Shown here: positions 1 to 13,600 of the stretch, piece after piece
Layout of the letters: each line of letters opens with the position of its first letter
Numbering within the stretch: position 1 is the first letter of the stretch
Origin: Eledone cirrhosa
Taxonomy: Eukaryota
DNA: 64,000 nucleotides
Assembly (NCBI GenBank): GCA_964016885.1
Contig: OZ024745.1
Location: forward strand, 33,232,001 to 33,296,000
Reading direction: 5' to 3'
Translations under genes and position numbers: made by a program
Notes under the pieces: model-generated
What the model was told of the DNA's origin: nothing
Seen by the model: only the letters and a program-made list of their open reading frames with translations
Database searches by the model: none

Positions 1-529
1 CTTTGCGCAACTCATTTTTTTCTAAAAAAAAATTTTTTTACTGTGAATTTAAACACCGAATACGCTCACTCAGCGAGACAACAGCAGCAGCAACAGCAAT
101 ATAACAGCAACAGCAATACATCAACACAGCTTCACCAAAGCCAGAGAATTTATTTTTGCAGCACTCTTCCTGTGAGAAAATCCATTCGGAGGTTGGAAAT
201 TTCACGATATACCACAGAACAGAAACCACCTGCATTCATTCTCTGGAACACACTTTCTTTCCTGCTGTCATGTGATTGCACACCTGTGAACTATATTTTG
301 AACTTTGAGCTCTTCTATTACTTTTACTTTATTACATTGTATCTTTGGGTGATGGATAGATGGATGTCCAGTCGTTCTCTGGCCAAGAGCGGTTGGCTAC
401 CTTGATATCTATCATTGATTTTTCCAAACATTCTTTTGTCGTAATTTTCATGCCTGTTACAACATTCTCGCCAACTTGCTACATATTTTCATTTCGATTT
501 TTATACACTAAAATTCTGGCGGGAGGTTA

Positions 530-896
530 TGTAGCGGTTGTCTCCCTTGTTTTGATTGGGATCTAGACGGGAGGTGGAACCCTTTCTGCGACTTCCGGTC
601 AGAGCCCTATAAAACTAACAACTTTAAGCTTCCTTTCTCTCTTTGCCTTTTCGGCACCAGGTCGAAGAGCCTCTCATTTGGCTCTGCCATTAATTTGGCC
701 AACAGGCGCCTGGCTAAGGCCAGGCGCCCTCTGCCAGCCGCGTTTGCCTGGCAATCAAAACGGTAACTACTAACTTTGTTTCATTCTAACATCTATCTTT
801 GACATGTCAAGTATTCTATCTACCGTTAATTAAATATTATATACACAAACCATGTCTCGTTTTGTTACATTCATACAACCCAGTATCTTCGCTATA
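530..896 (+). mobile_element. 3' LTR of an LTR retrotransposon (internal part upstream, off the window edge)
   Basis: PPT-like ggcgggaggtta directly before TGTAGCG; ends CGCTATA (inverted terminus, CA mutated to TA); TATA-like ctataaaa near 607. Confidence 0.6.
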
Positions 897-3322
897 GTGT
901 CATATCTGTATCTGTTATAGTGTAGGAAGCTTCATTAGTTAGTCTTGTCTGTATAGTGTCACATCTGTATCTGTTATAGTGTAGAAAGCTTCATTAGTTA
1001 GTTACTACATCTGGTAATGTCTGTATAGTGTCATATCTGTATCTGTTATAGTGTAGAAAGCTTCATTAGTTAGTTACTACATCTGGTAATGTCTGTATAG
1101 TGTCACATCTGTATCTGTTATAGTGTAGAAAGCTTCATTAGTTAGTTACTACATCTGGTAATATCTGTATAGTGTCATATCTGTATCTGTTATAGTGTAG
1201 GAAGCTTCATTAGTTAGTTACTACATCTGGTAATGTCTGTATAGTGTCACATCTGTATCTGTTATAGTGTAGAAAGCTTCATTAGTTAGTTATTACATCT
1301 GGTAATGTCTGTATAGTGTCACATCTGTATCTGTTATAGTGTAGAAAGCTTCATTAGTTAGTTACTACATCTGGTAATGTCTGTATAGTGTCATATCTGT
1401 ATCTGTTATAGTGTAGGAAGCTTCATTAGTTAGTTACTACATCTGGTAATGTCTGTATAGTGTCACATCTGTATCTGTTATAGTGTAGAAAGCTTCATTA
1501 GTTAGTTACTACATCTGGTAATGTCTGTATAGTGTCACATCTGTATCTGTTATAGTGTAGGAAGCTTCATTAGTTAGTTACTACATCTGGTAATGTCTGT
1601 ATAGTGTCACATCTGTATCTGTTATAGTGTAGAAAGCTTCATTAGTTAGTTACTACATCTGGTAATGTCTGTATAGTGTCACATCTGTATCTGTTATAGT
1701 GTAGGAAGCTTCATTAGTTAGTTACTACATCTGGTAATGTCTGTATAGTGTCACATCTGTATCTGTTATAGTGTAGAAAGCTTAATTAGTTAGTTACTAC
1801 ATCTGGTAATGTCTGTATAGTGTCACATCTGTATCTGTTATAGTGTAGGAAGCTTCATTAGTTAGTTACTACATCTGGTAATGTCTGTATAGTGTCACAT
1901 CTGTATCTGTTATAGTGTAGAAAGCTTCATTAGTTAGTTACTACATCTGGTAATGTCTGTATAGTGTCACATCTGTATCTGTTATAGTGTAGAAAGCTTA
2001 ATTAGTTAGTTACTACATCTGGTAATGTCTGTATAGTGTCACATCTGTATCTGTTATAGTGTAGGAAGCTTCATTAGTTATTTACTACATCTGGTAATGT
2101 CTGTATAGTGTCACATCTGTATCTGTTATAGTGTAGGAAGCTTCATTAGTTAGTTACTACATCTGGTAATGTCTGTATAGTGTCACATCTGTATCTGTTA
2201 TAGTGTAGAAAGCTTAATTAGTTAGTTACTACATCTGGTAATGTCTGTATAGTGTCACATCTGTATCTGTTATAGTGTAGGAAGCTTCATTAGTTAGTTA
2301 CTACATCTGGTAATGTCTGTATAGTGTCACATCTGTATCTGTTATAGTGTAGGAAGCATCATTAGTTAGTTACTACATCTGGTAATGTCTGTATAGTGTC
2401 ACCTCTGTATCTGTTATAGTGTAGAAAGCTTCATTAGTTAGTTACTACATCTGGTAATGTCTGTATAGTGTCATATCTGTATCTGTTATAGTGTAGAAAG
2501 CTTCATTAGTTAGTTACTACATCTGGTAATGTCTGTATAGTGTCACATCTGTATCTGTTATAGTGTAGAAAGCTTCATTAGTTAGTTACTACATCTGGTA
2601 ATGTCTGTATAGTGTCACATCTGTATCTGTTATAGTGTAGAAAGCTTCATTAGTTAGTTACTACATCTGGTAATGTCTGTATAGTGTAACATCTGTATCT
2701 GTTATAGTGTAGGAAGCTTCATTAGTTAGTTACTACATCTGGTAATGTCTGTATAGTGTCACATCTGTATCTGTTATAGTGTAGGAAGCATCATTAGTTA
2801 GTTACTACATCTGGTAATGTCTGTATAGTGTCACCTCTGTATCTGTTATAGTGTAGAAAGCTTCATTAGTTAGTTACTACATCTGGTAATGTCTGTATAG
2901 TGTCATATCTGTATCTGTTATAGTGTAGAAAGCTTCATTAGTTAGTTACTACATCTGGTAATGTCTGTATAGTGTCACATCTGTATCTGTTATAGTGTAG
3001 AAAGCTTCATTAGTTAGTTACTACATCTGGTAATGTCTGTATAGTGTCACATCTGTATCTGTTATAGTGTAGAAAGCTTCATTAGTTAGTTACTACATCT
3101 GGTAATGTCTGTATAGTGTAACATCTGTATCAGTTATAGTGTAGAAAGCTTCATTAGTTAGTTACTACATCTGGTAATGTCTGTATAGTGTCATATCTGT
3201 ATCTGTTATAGTGTAGAAAGCTTCATTAGTTAGTTACTACATCTGGTAATGTCTGTATAGTGTCATATCTGTATCTGATGTATTGTAGAAAGAATCATTA
3301 GATGGTCACAACATCTGGTAAT
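897..3322. repeat. 72-bp tandem satellite, about 33 copies
   Basis: unit tgtctgtatagtgtcacatctgtatctgttatagtgtagaaagcttcattagttagttactacatctggtaa; register recurs every 360 bp (5 x 72). Confidence 0.97.
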
Positions 3323-3752
3323 AGGAAAGGCCTCCTTCAGTCTAGATTAACTATGGGTTTGCTTCTGGAATGTTCCTCTCTGGGGTGCAAGCCTAGACAA
3401 AGGTATTTTGTAGAAGACCAGCAGTTACCCATGCAAGGCTAATACATTTTGAAATCAGTGTCATCCCAACTCATTTTTGCCAGGTGAGGGGACTGGAGCA
3501 ATGTGAAATAAAATGAATTGCTCAAAAACACAATATGCTGCTTGGTTTGGGAATTGAACTCACAACCTTATGGACCCAACACCCTAATCATCAAATTACA
3601 AGTCTTCTGTGAATATCTGCATAGTTTCATACCTGTATCTGTTGTCGTGTAGAAAACTTTCCTAAGAGTGTTGAAAAAAATGAAAAAAAAAAAAATAATA
3701 CTTGATTATACTTAAGGAACAGTTCTAAGATATTTGGTTATTAGATTCTTAC

Positions 3753-3861
3753 AGGTGGAAATAAAAACTCATTCAGACTCAAATCTTCAAAAACTTGATT
3801 GCAGTTTTGCAAGAAACCATGCTCAGAGCAAATTTTTTTAAGTTGGTTGCATATCTTTTCC
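3753..3861 (-). CDS. dynein HC exon 42
   Basis: cag|[16 protein letters not shown]...[11 protein letters not shown]|gtaaga. Confidence 0.85.
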
Positions 3862-6675
3862 CTGAAATGAAAGATCAATAAAAAATACTGATTTAGTGAG
3901 GAATTTGAAGATTTGCTGGGAATATAATAAATATCCTAAATCTTGTATTGCAGAGAATGTATATCACCATCTCATCACCATTTTCCATGTTGGCGTGGAT
4001 TGGACAGGTCATCATGGTTTGAGATTAGACTGGGTGCAATGTCATGTTTTGCTCAACTGTTCCATATCTGTCTTGGAATCTGTGGCTGGATGCCTTTCCT
4101 AATGCCAACCAAATTGCAGAGTGTACTAGGTGCATTTTTTCATGGCACCAACATTGCAGAGCGTAATACTGTAATATACACCCACTTCCTTCTAAAAGTC
4201 TAAATCCATATTCAACTTATAAGTGCTAACAGTTACAACATTCTGAATTCATGCCTGTAAAATCCCTAACATCAATCTATTCTGAAATTTCAAAAGATTT
4301 ATTGACAAATTCTGACAGAATATTCTAGTGCATACATATCTCCTTAGTAAAAAAATTGAAAACCTCATTTGAGCAAAATAAAGCCATGACAAGCTATATA
4401 TTTATCATGGGCTCCTTTCTGAGGCAATCATTAATGGCTGGATGACCTTAGCACTGACCCTTTTAGTCACCTCTTATGATATACAGGGTTACAGTGTACC
4501 TATTCTAAGCTGGATACACACAGCATGCAAGACTTTATATGATCACATATATTCCAGTTGTATTCATAGTTTCCTGTTTCACCTGACACCAGGTATTTAA
4601 AATTTATTATCCTCATCATCATTTAAAGTCCATTTCTCTTGCTAGCAAGGGGTTGGATGAGTTGTCAACAGACTGAGTCAGTATCTAAGCAGAGCTACAG
4701 ACCTCCCAGATGGGCTAGAGGCCTGCATCTTGTTTAAATATGATGCCATGCTCTATCAAATGTATTTTATCATGGCACCAGCACTAAGGAGGTTGGCATG
4801 TCTTTGACACAGATGGTGAGTCCTCCTGATCTCCTGCTTGGCAGGTATAGGAAATGGCTGGATGCCTTTCCTATCACCTAACAAAAAACAAAAAAGCAAA
4901 AACAAAACAAAAATAAAACAGTAACAGTATAAAAAGAAGAGTACTAACCTTGTTTGAATGTTAAATGGGGGGCAGTAAGATAGAAAGGATGATGTCATAA
5001 TACAATTGTAGATTAATTTATCAGTGGACTCTTTCTCTATAAATGAATACCATTCTGATTCTTTTGATCTCAGACTGAAACCAAAGGGCAGTAAATAACA
5101 TATAACATCAAAGGTTAAACAAATCTGTAGTTGTCATAATTTTATATCTTCCAGTGTTGGTATGGGTTAGATGATAGTTGTTATTAACAAGATGAGAAAA
5201 TGTGAAATGAGGAGCAGAGATAATAATTGTTACTAACACGATGTAGTAGATGATGATGAAGATAGTGATGATGATGATGGTGATGATGATGGTGATGAAG
5301 ATAGTGATGATGATGATGATATGAAATAAATGATGATGATGATGGTGATGATGATGATGGTGATGAAGATAGTGATGATGATGATTGTGATGATGATATG
5401 AAATTGATGATGATGATAGTGATATGAAATGGATGATGATGATGGTGATGATGATGATGATGATGATGATGATAATGATGGTGATGATGATGGTGATGAT
5501 GGTGGTAGTGATGATGATGATGATGATGATAATAGTTGAAATACAAGTAAATGGTGTGAAACGAAGGATGAAGATAAACAAGGAATAGTGAAACTAATCC
5601 CACTGGACAATTTTCCCTCCTTTTTTAATAAAAATCTATATTATGGCCCTATAAACTCTTTCACCCCTCTTGCTCCTCCTTATCGTTTCATGGCAGTTTT
5701 TTCTATGCTTGTATGGGTTTGATGAATTTTTTTCCCAGCATAGCCTCCTTTCATTTGCTGCATGCACTCCTTCTATATCTCATCTATGGTTTATGATCAA
5801 TTCTGACTACCCTCCATATAATGTTACTATTTCCAATGATATATGAGGGTCAGCTGAAAAGTTCATAGGCTGACTATGAAGCAGTTCATAGTTTTACAGT
5901 GAAATCTTGCCAGCATTAATTTCAACTCTTATTAATAACTGCATTGTTTCTTTCTAGGGACTATGTTGAAAAATAAAAAAAAAATCATTTGGTCATTCCA
6001 TGAGAGTATCTTGGTCAGCCTACAAACTTTTCAGCTGACCCTCATAATGGCACTATAACTCACAGCTACACTCATAATGTAACTACAACACTATGTACTG
6101 AGGATGTAGCATGACCGAATGCTTAAGTTCTCTTCAAAATCATAAAGTCCTGAGTTTGATCCGGTTGTGTGACATCTGGGGCAAATGTCATTTACTATAG
6201 CTTTGAGTCCATTAATGCCTTATGAGTGAAACCGAGTAGATGTATACTGTTTGGAAGCTCATCAGATGGACTGGATCTGTAATTCAAAGGGCCAGCCTTG
6301 TCATGCTGAATGTCCTTAAAAACTCTGTTAAGGGTACACCTGTTTATGGAATGCTTAGTGTAAGTCTAAAGTCTGTCTTGAGCTCAGATGCTTATCTTAG
6401 TTTCCTTGGTGAGAAGTGAATGAGAGTATAAGACATCCCCCTGGACAGGACACCAGTCCATTGCAGAGTTAAACTCCCAGCTATTGCTGATACTCATTTT
6501 TCACCTGACTGTACTGGAGTAATGTTTGCCCCAACAACAACAACTACTACCGCTACTACTACTACTGCTACTACTGCTGCTGCTACTACTACTGCTACTA
6601 CTGCTGCTGCTACTACTACTGTTGCTACTGCTACTACCGCTACTACTACTACTGCCGCTACTACTACTACTGCCG

Positions 6676-6739
<64 letters not shown>

Positions 6740-9700
6740 CACTCCTACCACTACTACTGATACCTTTCAAGAAGGAAATTGGTAGCTTTTATTTCATCGT
6801 TCTTATTTTGTAGTTGTTGTTCAAGACTATGCTTTAGTTCTACAGCTTCTCTATATGGCTTCTGTAGACTCTCAATTTCTTTTTCAAGAACTGGGATTTC
6901 TTCTTCACTCAGTTTTGTCTCCATGTCTTCATCTAAATCAGACGTGATTTCAATATCCTGAAAGAATAGATTATCATCAAATTAATTTTAAAAGAAAGTT
7001 CATATATACGAGGAACAGCTGAAAAGTTCATAGGCTCCATGATACTCTCATGGAATGATCAAATGAGGTTATTTTTCAACAAAGTTTCTGGAAAGAAACA
7101 ATGCAGTTATTAATAAGAAGAGTTGAAATTAATGCATGCAAGATTTCACTGCTCTAGCATCACTCCTTCATAGTTAACCTATGAACTTTTCAGTCAACCC
7201 TCGTACACACATGTGGATTGGCAGTATCGGTAGAGAGTCTGACGCCATGCATTGTAGCAAAGAGTTACGGCCCTTTATGGTCTGAGTTCAAATCCCGCCG
7301 AGGTTAACTTTGCCTTTCATCCTTACGGGGTCGATAAAATAAAGTACCAGTAATATACTGGGGTAATTGCTGGCCTTGTGCCAAATGTAGAAATAATAAT
7401 TATCTATAATTAACCATAATTATCTTTCACTACCCTCCTCTCTTCCTCTCCTTAGGAGACTTGTCTCTTCTATATTTTATGTATTTTTGAAATGTCTCTG
7501 AAGAAATAAATGAAACATTTTTTTGATTTATGCTGAATAACTAATATCTGGATTTACTTTCGTACACTGAAATTTTACTTAACTGAGGATCTTTGGGTAA
7601 ACATGCATAAAACAAATAAAATTATTGTAAATTCTCTTTGAACTCTTGGATTTATTACACACACACAATTATATATTGGATGTGTAAAAGACAACAAAAA
7701 GCACCCAGCCCACACTGTAAAGTGGATGTGTAAAAGACAACAAAAAGCACCCAGCCCACACTGTAAAGTGGATGTGTAAAAGACAGCAAAAAGCACCCAG
7801 CCCACACTGTAAAGTGGATGTGTAAAAGACACAGCAAAAAAGCACCCAGCCCACACTGTAAAGTGGATGTGTAAAAGACAACAAAAAGCACCCAGCCCAC
7901 ACTGTAAAGTGGATGTGTAAAAGACAGCAAAAAGCACCCAGCCCACACTGTAAAGTGGATGTGTAAAAGACACAGCAAAAAGCACCCAGCCCACACTGTA
8001 AAGTGGATGTGTAAAAGACAACAAAAAGCACCCAGCCCACACTGTAAAGTGGATGTGTAAAAGACACAGCAAAAAGCACCCAGCCCACACTGTAAAGTGG
8101 ATGTGTAAAAGACACAGCAAAAAGCACCCAGCCCACACTGTAAAGTGGATGTGTAAAAGACAACAAAAAGCACCCAGCCCACACTGTAAAGTGGATGTGT
8201 AAAAGACACAGCAAAAAGCCCCCAGCCCACACTGTAAAGTGGATGTGTAAAAGACACAGCAAAAAGCACCCAGCCCACACTGTAAAGTGGATGTGTAAAA
8301 GACAACAAAAAGCACCCAGCCCACACTGTAAAGTGGATGTGTAAAAGACAGCAAAAAGCACCCAGCCCACACTGTAAAGTGGATGTGTAAAAGACACAGA
8401 AAAAAGCACCCAGCCCACACTGTAAAGTGGATGTGTAAAAGACAACAAAAAGCACCCAGCCCACACTGTAAAGTGGATGTGTAAAAGACACAGCAAAAAG
8501 CACCCAGCCCACACTGTAAAGTGGATGTGTAAAAGACACAGCAAAAAGCACCCAGCCCACACTGTAAAGTGGATGTGTAAAAGACAACAAAAAGCACCCA
8601 GCCCACACTGTAAAATGGATGTGTAAAAGACACAGCAAAAGCACCCAGCCCACACTGTAAAGTGGATGTGTAAAAGACACAGCAAAAAGCACCCAGCCCA
8701 CACTGTAAAGTGGATGTGTAAAAGACAACAAAAAGCACCCAGCCCACACTGTAAAGTGGATGTGTAAAAGACACAGCAAAAAGCACCCAGCCCACACTGT
8801 AAAGTGGATGTGTAAAAGACACAGCAAAAAGCACCCAGCCCACACTGTAAAGTGGATGTGTAAAAGACAGCAAAAAGCACCCACCCCACACTGTAAAGTG
8901 GATGTGTAAAAGACACAGCAAAAAGCACCCAGCCCACACTGTAAAGTGGATGTGTAAAAGACAGCAAAAAGCACCCACCCCACACTGTAAAGTGGATGTG
9001 TAAAAGACACAGCAAAAAGCACCCAGCCCACACTGTAAAGTGGATGTGTAAAAGACATGGCAAAAAGCACCCAGCCCACACTGTAAAGTGGATGTGTAAA
9101 AGACAGCAAAAAGCACCCACCCCACACTGTAAAGTGGATGTGTAAAAGACACAGCAAAAAGCACCCAGCCCACACTGTAAAGTGAATGTGTAAAAGACAC
9201 AGCAAAAAGCACCCTGCCCACACTGTAAAGTGGATGTGTAAAAGACACAGCAAAAAGCACCCAGCCCACACTGTAAAGTGGATGTGTAAAAGACATGGCA
9301 AAAAGCACCCAGCCCACACTGTAAAGTGGATGTGTAAAAGACAGCAAAAAGCACCCACCCCACACTGTAAAGTGGATGTGTAAAAGACACAGCAAAAAGC
9401 ACCCAGCCCACACTGTAAAGTGGATGTGTAAAAGACATGGCAAAAAGCACCCAGCCCACACTGTAAAGTGGATGTGTAAAAGACAGCAAAAAGCACCCAC
9501 CCCACACTGTAAAGTGGATGAGTAAAAGACATGGCAAAAAGCACCCAGCCCACACTGTAAAGTGGATGTGTAAAAGACACAGCAAAAAGCACCCAGCCCA
9601 TACTGTAAAGTGGATGTGTAAAACACAGCAAAAAGCACCCAGCCCACACTGTAAAGTGGATGAGTAAAAGACATGGCAAAAAGCACCCAGCCCACACTGT

Positions 9701-10580
9701 AAAGTGGATGTGTAAAAGACATGGCAAAAAGCACCCAGCACACATTGTCAATGTGGTTGGCGTTAGGAAAGGCATCCAGCTGTAGAAAACCTGCCAGAAA
9801 CACTCCTATACGGGCGAGACATGGTCACCCGGCCCAACCTGCCTCTAAATGGGATAAACCTATCCAACCTATGCGAGCATGAAAGATGGACATTAATCAA
9901 TGGTGATGATGATATATATATATATATATAAATTCAAGAGCAAATGACATATATAGGAATATATCAAACAATACACAGAAGATAATTTCTTAATGGCAAT
10001 AGAACTATGGTTCATCTTTGAATGGTGAAGTTCAAAATGGTGAGTCAGAATCATCAGCAAGAGAGAGCTTAATCCATACGAACTCACACATCTAAGCAAA
10101 TCTAAAGAATTTAAGGAATTTAAAAACATGTATTAGGGTTGATACAACTGACTAAACCTTTCAAGGCAGGGCTTCAGCATGGTCCCAGTCCAATGATGTA
10201 AGCCAGTAAAAAAATAAAATATTAGATTCAGCTGATACAACCCTTTCCTTGGGCTAAGTACATATATATATATTAGAAAGTGAGATTTTTTTACAAAATG
10301 AAAAATAACTGAGGTGTCCTACACGAGTGAAAGTCTAGAGAAAAAAAGATGAAATCGAAAATGCAACTGGAGTCTTATTTAAAAAAAAATATATATATTT
10401 ATTTGGTTCATCACAAATGTGAGAAAAACCACCAGACCCTCCATCTCAACTCTACTTTTGAAAAGCAGAAGAACTGTGAAACCAGTAAAGGAACCAAATA
10501 AATATATATATTTAAAAAAAATAAGACTCCAGTTGCATTTTCGATTTCATCTTTCTCCCCCCCCCCTCTCTCTCTCTCTC

Positions 10581-10620
<40 letters not shown>

Positions 10621-13600
10621 CAGAAACTGCTAACTTACATTGTCCGGTGTTGAATCGTGCTTGTTATTGTTTTTTCTGAAAATCTGTTCTTCAAGTTCCC
10701 TAACACTCTCATTAAATTCTTGTAGCTCTTTGTAGAATGTTGAGTAAACAATTAAAGCTAAGACATACTGTAATAGAATAGCAACATCTTTACTGGCATG
10801 TTTAGCAGCTGCCACAGTGATACCATCACCCGGTAGAACTTTACACACATCTTCAACATACACATCTATAGAAATAAAATACAGAGTGAGAAAATGTTTA
10901 CTCTTATATAAAAACAAAGTAATTATCAATAAGAACTTATGATTAGATACTTTCTTGTTTTGTTAACAACTCTTTTGTTCCTTCCCACATCCTAAATGCT
11001 ACAAAAGGTGACAGTCACTGCAACTCTAGCTGAACGGAATAGAATTCTAAAATAACAGGAATTATTATCAACAAACTATTTTTCATAGAGATCTAATAAG
11101 CAGATTAAAACTTAAGAAACTACACCCCTTACCTGATTGTATAGCAGCAGTCTGGATTGATTCTAAGTTAATTTGTATTTCTTGAGGTGATACATATAAT
11201 GATATTGCTGAAATAAAAACAAGAGGTGAGTAATGGTAAATAATGGCTTCTGATTTAGACACAAGGTCAACAATTTCAGGGCATTAATGGTACTTTATAT
11301 TATTGAACCCGTAAGGATGAAAGGCAAATTAACCTCGGCAGGATTTGAACTGTTACTACTGCTACTACACATTTTCAGGTAAGTGAATTGGAGTAACATG
11401 AAATGAGGCAGCATGGCTAAATAGTTAAAAAGTTTGTTTCACGACGATGAGGTTAGGTTCTGGGGCTAAGTAGTCCCTTGTGTGGTATCTTGGGCTTAGT
11501 CACACCTTGTGAGTGAAATTAGATGAAAAATGAAAGCCCCCCCCCCCCCCCCCCCACACACCTCTCAGATCAACTGTACCTGCATTCAAAGTGCTAGTCT
11601 TGTCACACACTGTGGCATGCCCAGAGCCCCCATTACAATTTTGGGATTGGAGGGGCTTAAGTATTTACAAGGTACACTCAAGAAGTTTTGAGACTTTTTC
11701 TTTTCAGACACTTTTAATTGACCTATGTAACTGTCACTCTAATACATCCTTGATAATAAGCTAACATGCCAAATCTTTTTATTTTTCAGGTTGAAGTTTC
11801 GAGCCGCTACAGCACTTTAAACACTATCTATCATACAGGTCTTGTCACAGCTGAATGGTTCCACAATGCAGTCAGGACGTGAGGATAACTTGGAGGCTTG
11901 ATATGCAATAAAGGTTTGTGTCAAGCTGAGCAAAAACGCTGTAGAAACCTATGAAATGGTCAAAACTGTTTACAGACTAGCTTTCATGAGCTGGGTGACA
12001 GTTTTCTGCTGGAACAAGAGGTTTCAGGAGGGTAGGGAGCAGGTGAAGGTTAACGAGGTGTGGCAGGGAGAGGGACATCAGGAGACCAAAGTTGGTTGAC
12101 AAAATCCGCAAATTTCTGAACAAAGACTGCCAATGTATCTCTTCTGATGATTGCTAAACAATTTGAAGTGGTTGAGGGCACTGTACACAGTCATTCATGA
12201 CGATCTGAACATGTGTAAAGTTTGTGCAAAGTTTGTTCCCAGGGTGGTCAATGAAGATCAAAGGCCAAGGCACTTTGATGACAGCAATGAGATGGTCGAA
12301 TTGATTGCTTCGAATCCAAATGTTCATGAGTCTCTGGTAACGTTTGACAAGAACTGGTCTACTGTTATGATCTAGAGACCAAGAGACAGAATATATTATT
12401 ACTGTGTTTTGATAATTTTTTCTACTTTTGGCACAAGGCCAGCAATTACCCAGTACATTACTGGTACTTTATTTTATCGACCCTGTAAGGATGAAAGGCA
12501 AAGTTAACCTTGGCGGGATTTGAACTCAGATCGTAAAGGGACGTAACTCTTTGCGTCAAAGCATGGCGTCTGACCCTCTACTGATACTGCCTTTGATAAT
12601 CATCATCATCATCATCATCATCATCAGGTTTAGCGTCCGTGTTCCACGCTTGCATGGGTTTGGACGGGGGTTTTCCCACTTGAGGCAAGAGTGGTTGTCT
12701 TGCTCGCATAGGACTGTCTGGCGGGTTTTCTACAGTTGGATGCCCTTCCTAACACCAACCACATTTACAGTGTGGGGCTGGGAGGTTTTTACCGTGTTGC
12801 CTACACGGCCACATTACAGCGTGGACTGTCTGGCGGGTTTTCTACAGCTGGATGCCCTTCCTAACACCAACCACATTTACAGTGTGGGGCTGGGAGGTTT
12901 TTACCGTGTTGCCTACACGGCCACATTTACAGCGTGGACTGTGTGTTTTTTGTCGTGACACCTACATGATCTCATTTGTTTCGGCCTGGATGTTGTGGGA
13001 CCAACATAACTGTACATTGAAAGGGGTGGTGTGGATGGGGTGGAGGTGGTGGGACGGGGGGGGTGTTTTGATAGAGATGCCTACTGACTGTAGTAGGTTT
13101 TTACTTTGTATAATGATTGACATAATAGCATTCATAGCGATTTACATTTTTGATGATATAACAATAGCTTGTTTTCTATTGTGTTTATTTGTACTTGTTA
13201 CTTATTTGAACAATAATTCATAATTTTTTAACTAACAAAATTTCAACAAGTTTCCCCATTATTGATGGGGCTTAAGCCCTAAAAGCCCCTTAGCACCGAA
13301 AGACTTGCTTGCTGAATTTCTTGAAAACTACATTAAGGATACATGTATTTATGGAATACTCAGTCCCTTACATGCTAATTTACTAAGCAAGCTGTTATAT
13401 TGATCGCATAACTGGAACACTCATCATTAAAAACTGACAGAGGTTCATTAATTTAAAAAAAAAAAAAAAAAAAAAATCGAAAGAATTAATTTATGATGAT
13501 TTGTTGTCTAAAGAAAGCAGAAGAGAAAAAAGTTATTTTTAGAAGAGACTAATTATCAACAAATATTCTTTAATAATAATATGTACAGCACTGTTTTATT

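Noticed and set aside
5108-6813. Poly-His/Ile/Ser/Thr/Val ORFs (and the YI-repeat and HT-repeat ORFs elsewhere)
   Set aside because: Microsatellite and minisatellite translations.
7433-7497. Possible extra dynein exon (cag acceptor, K/R-rich)
   Set aside because: It hits a stop in the required phase 0, and exons 39 and 40 already join in frame.
897-9740. CRISPR-like appearance of the 72-bp and 48-bp arrays
   Set aside because: Units are head-to-tail with no unique spacers, there are no cas genes, and the context is eukaryotic.
7575-9803. Three overlapping ~700-aa ORFs
   Set aside because: They are translations of a stop-free 46/48-bp minisatellite inside an intron, open in all frames, with no protein features.
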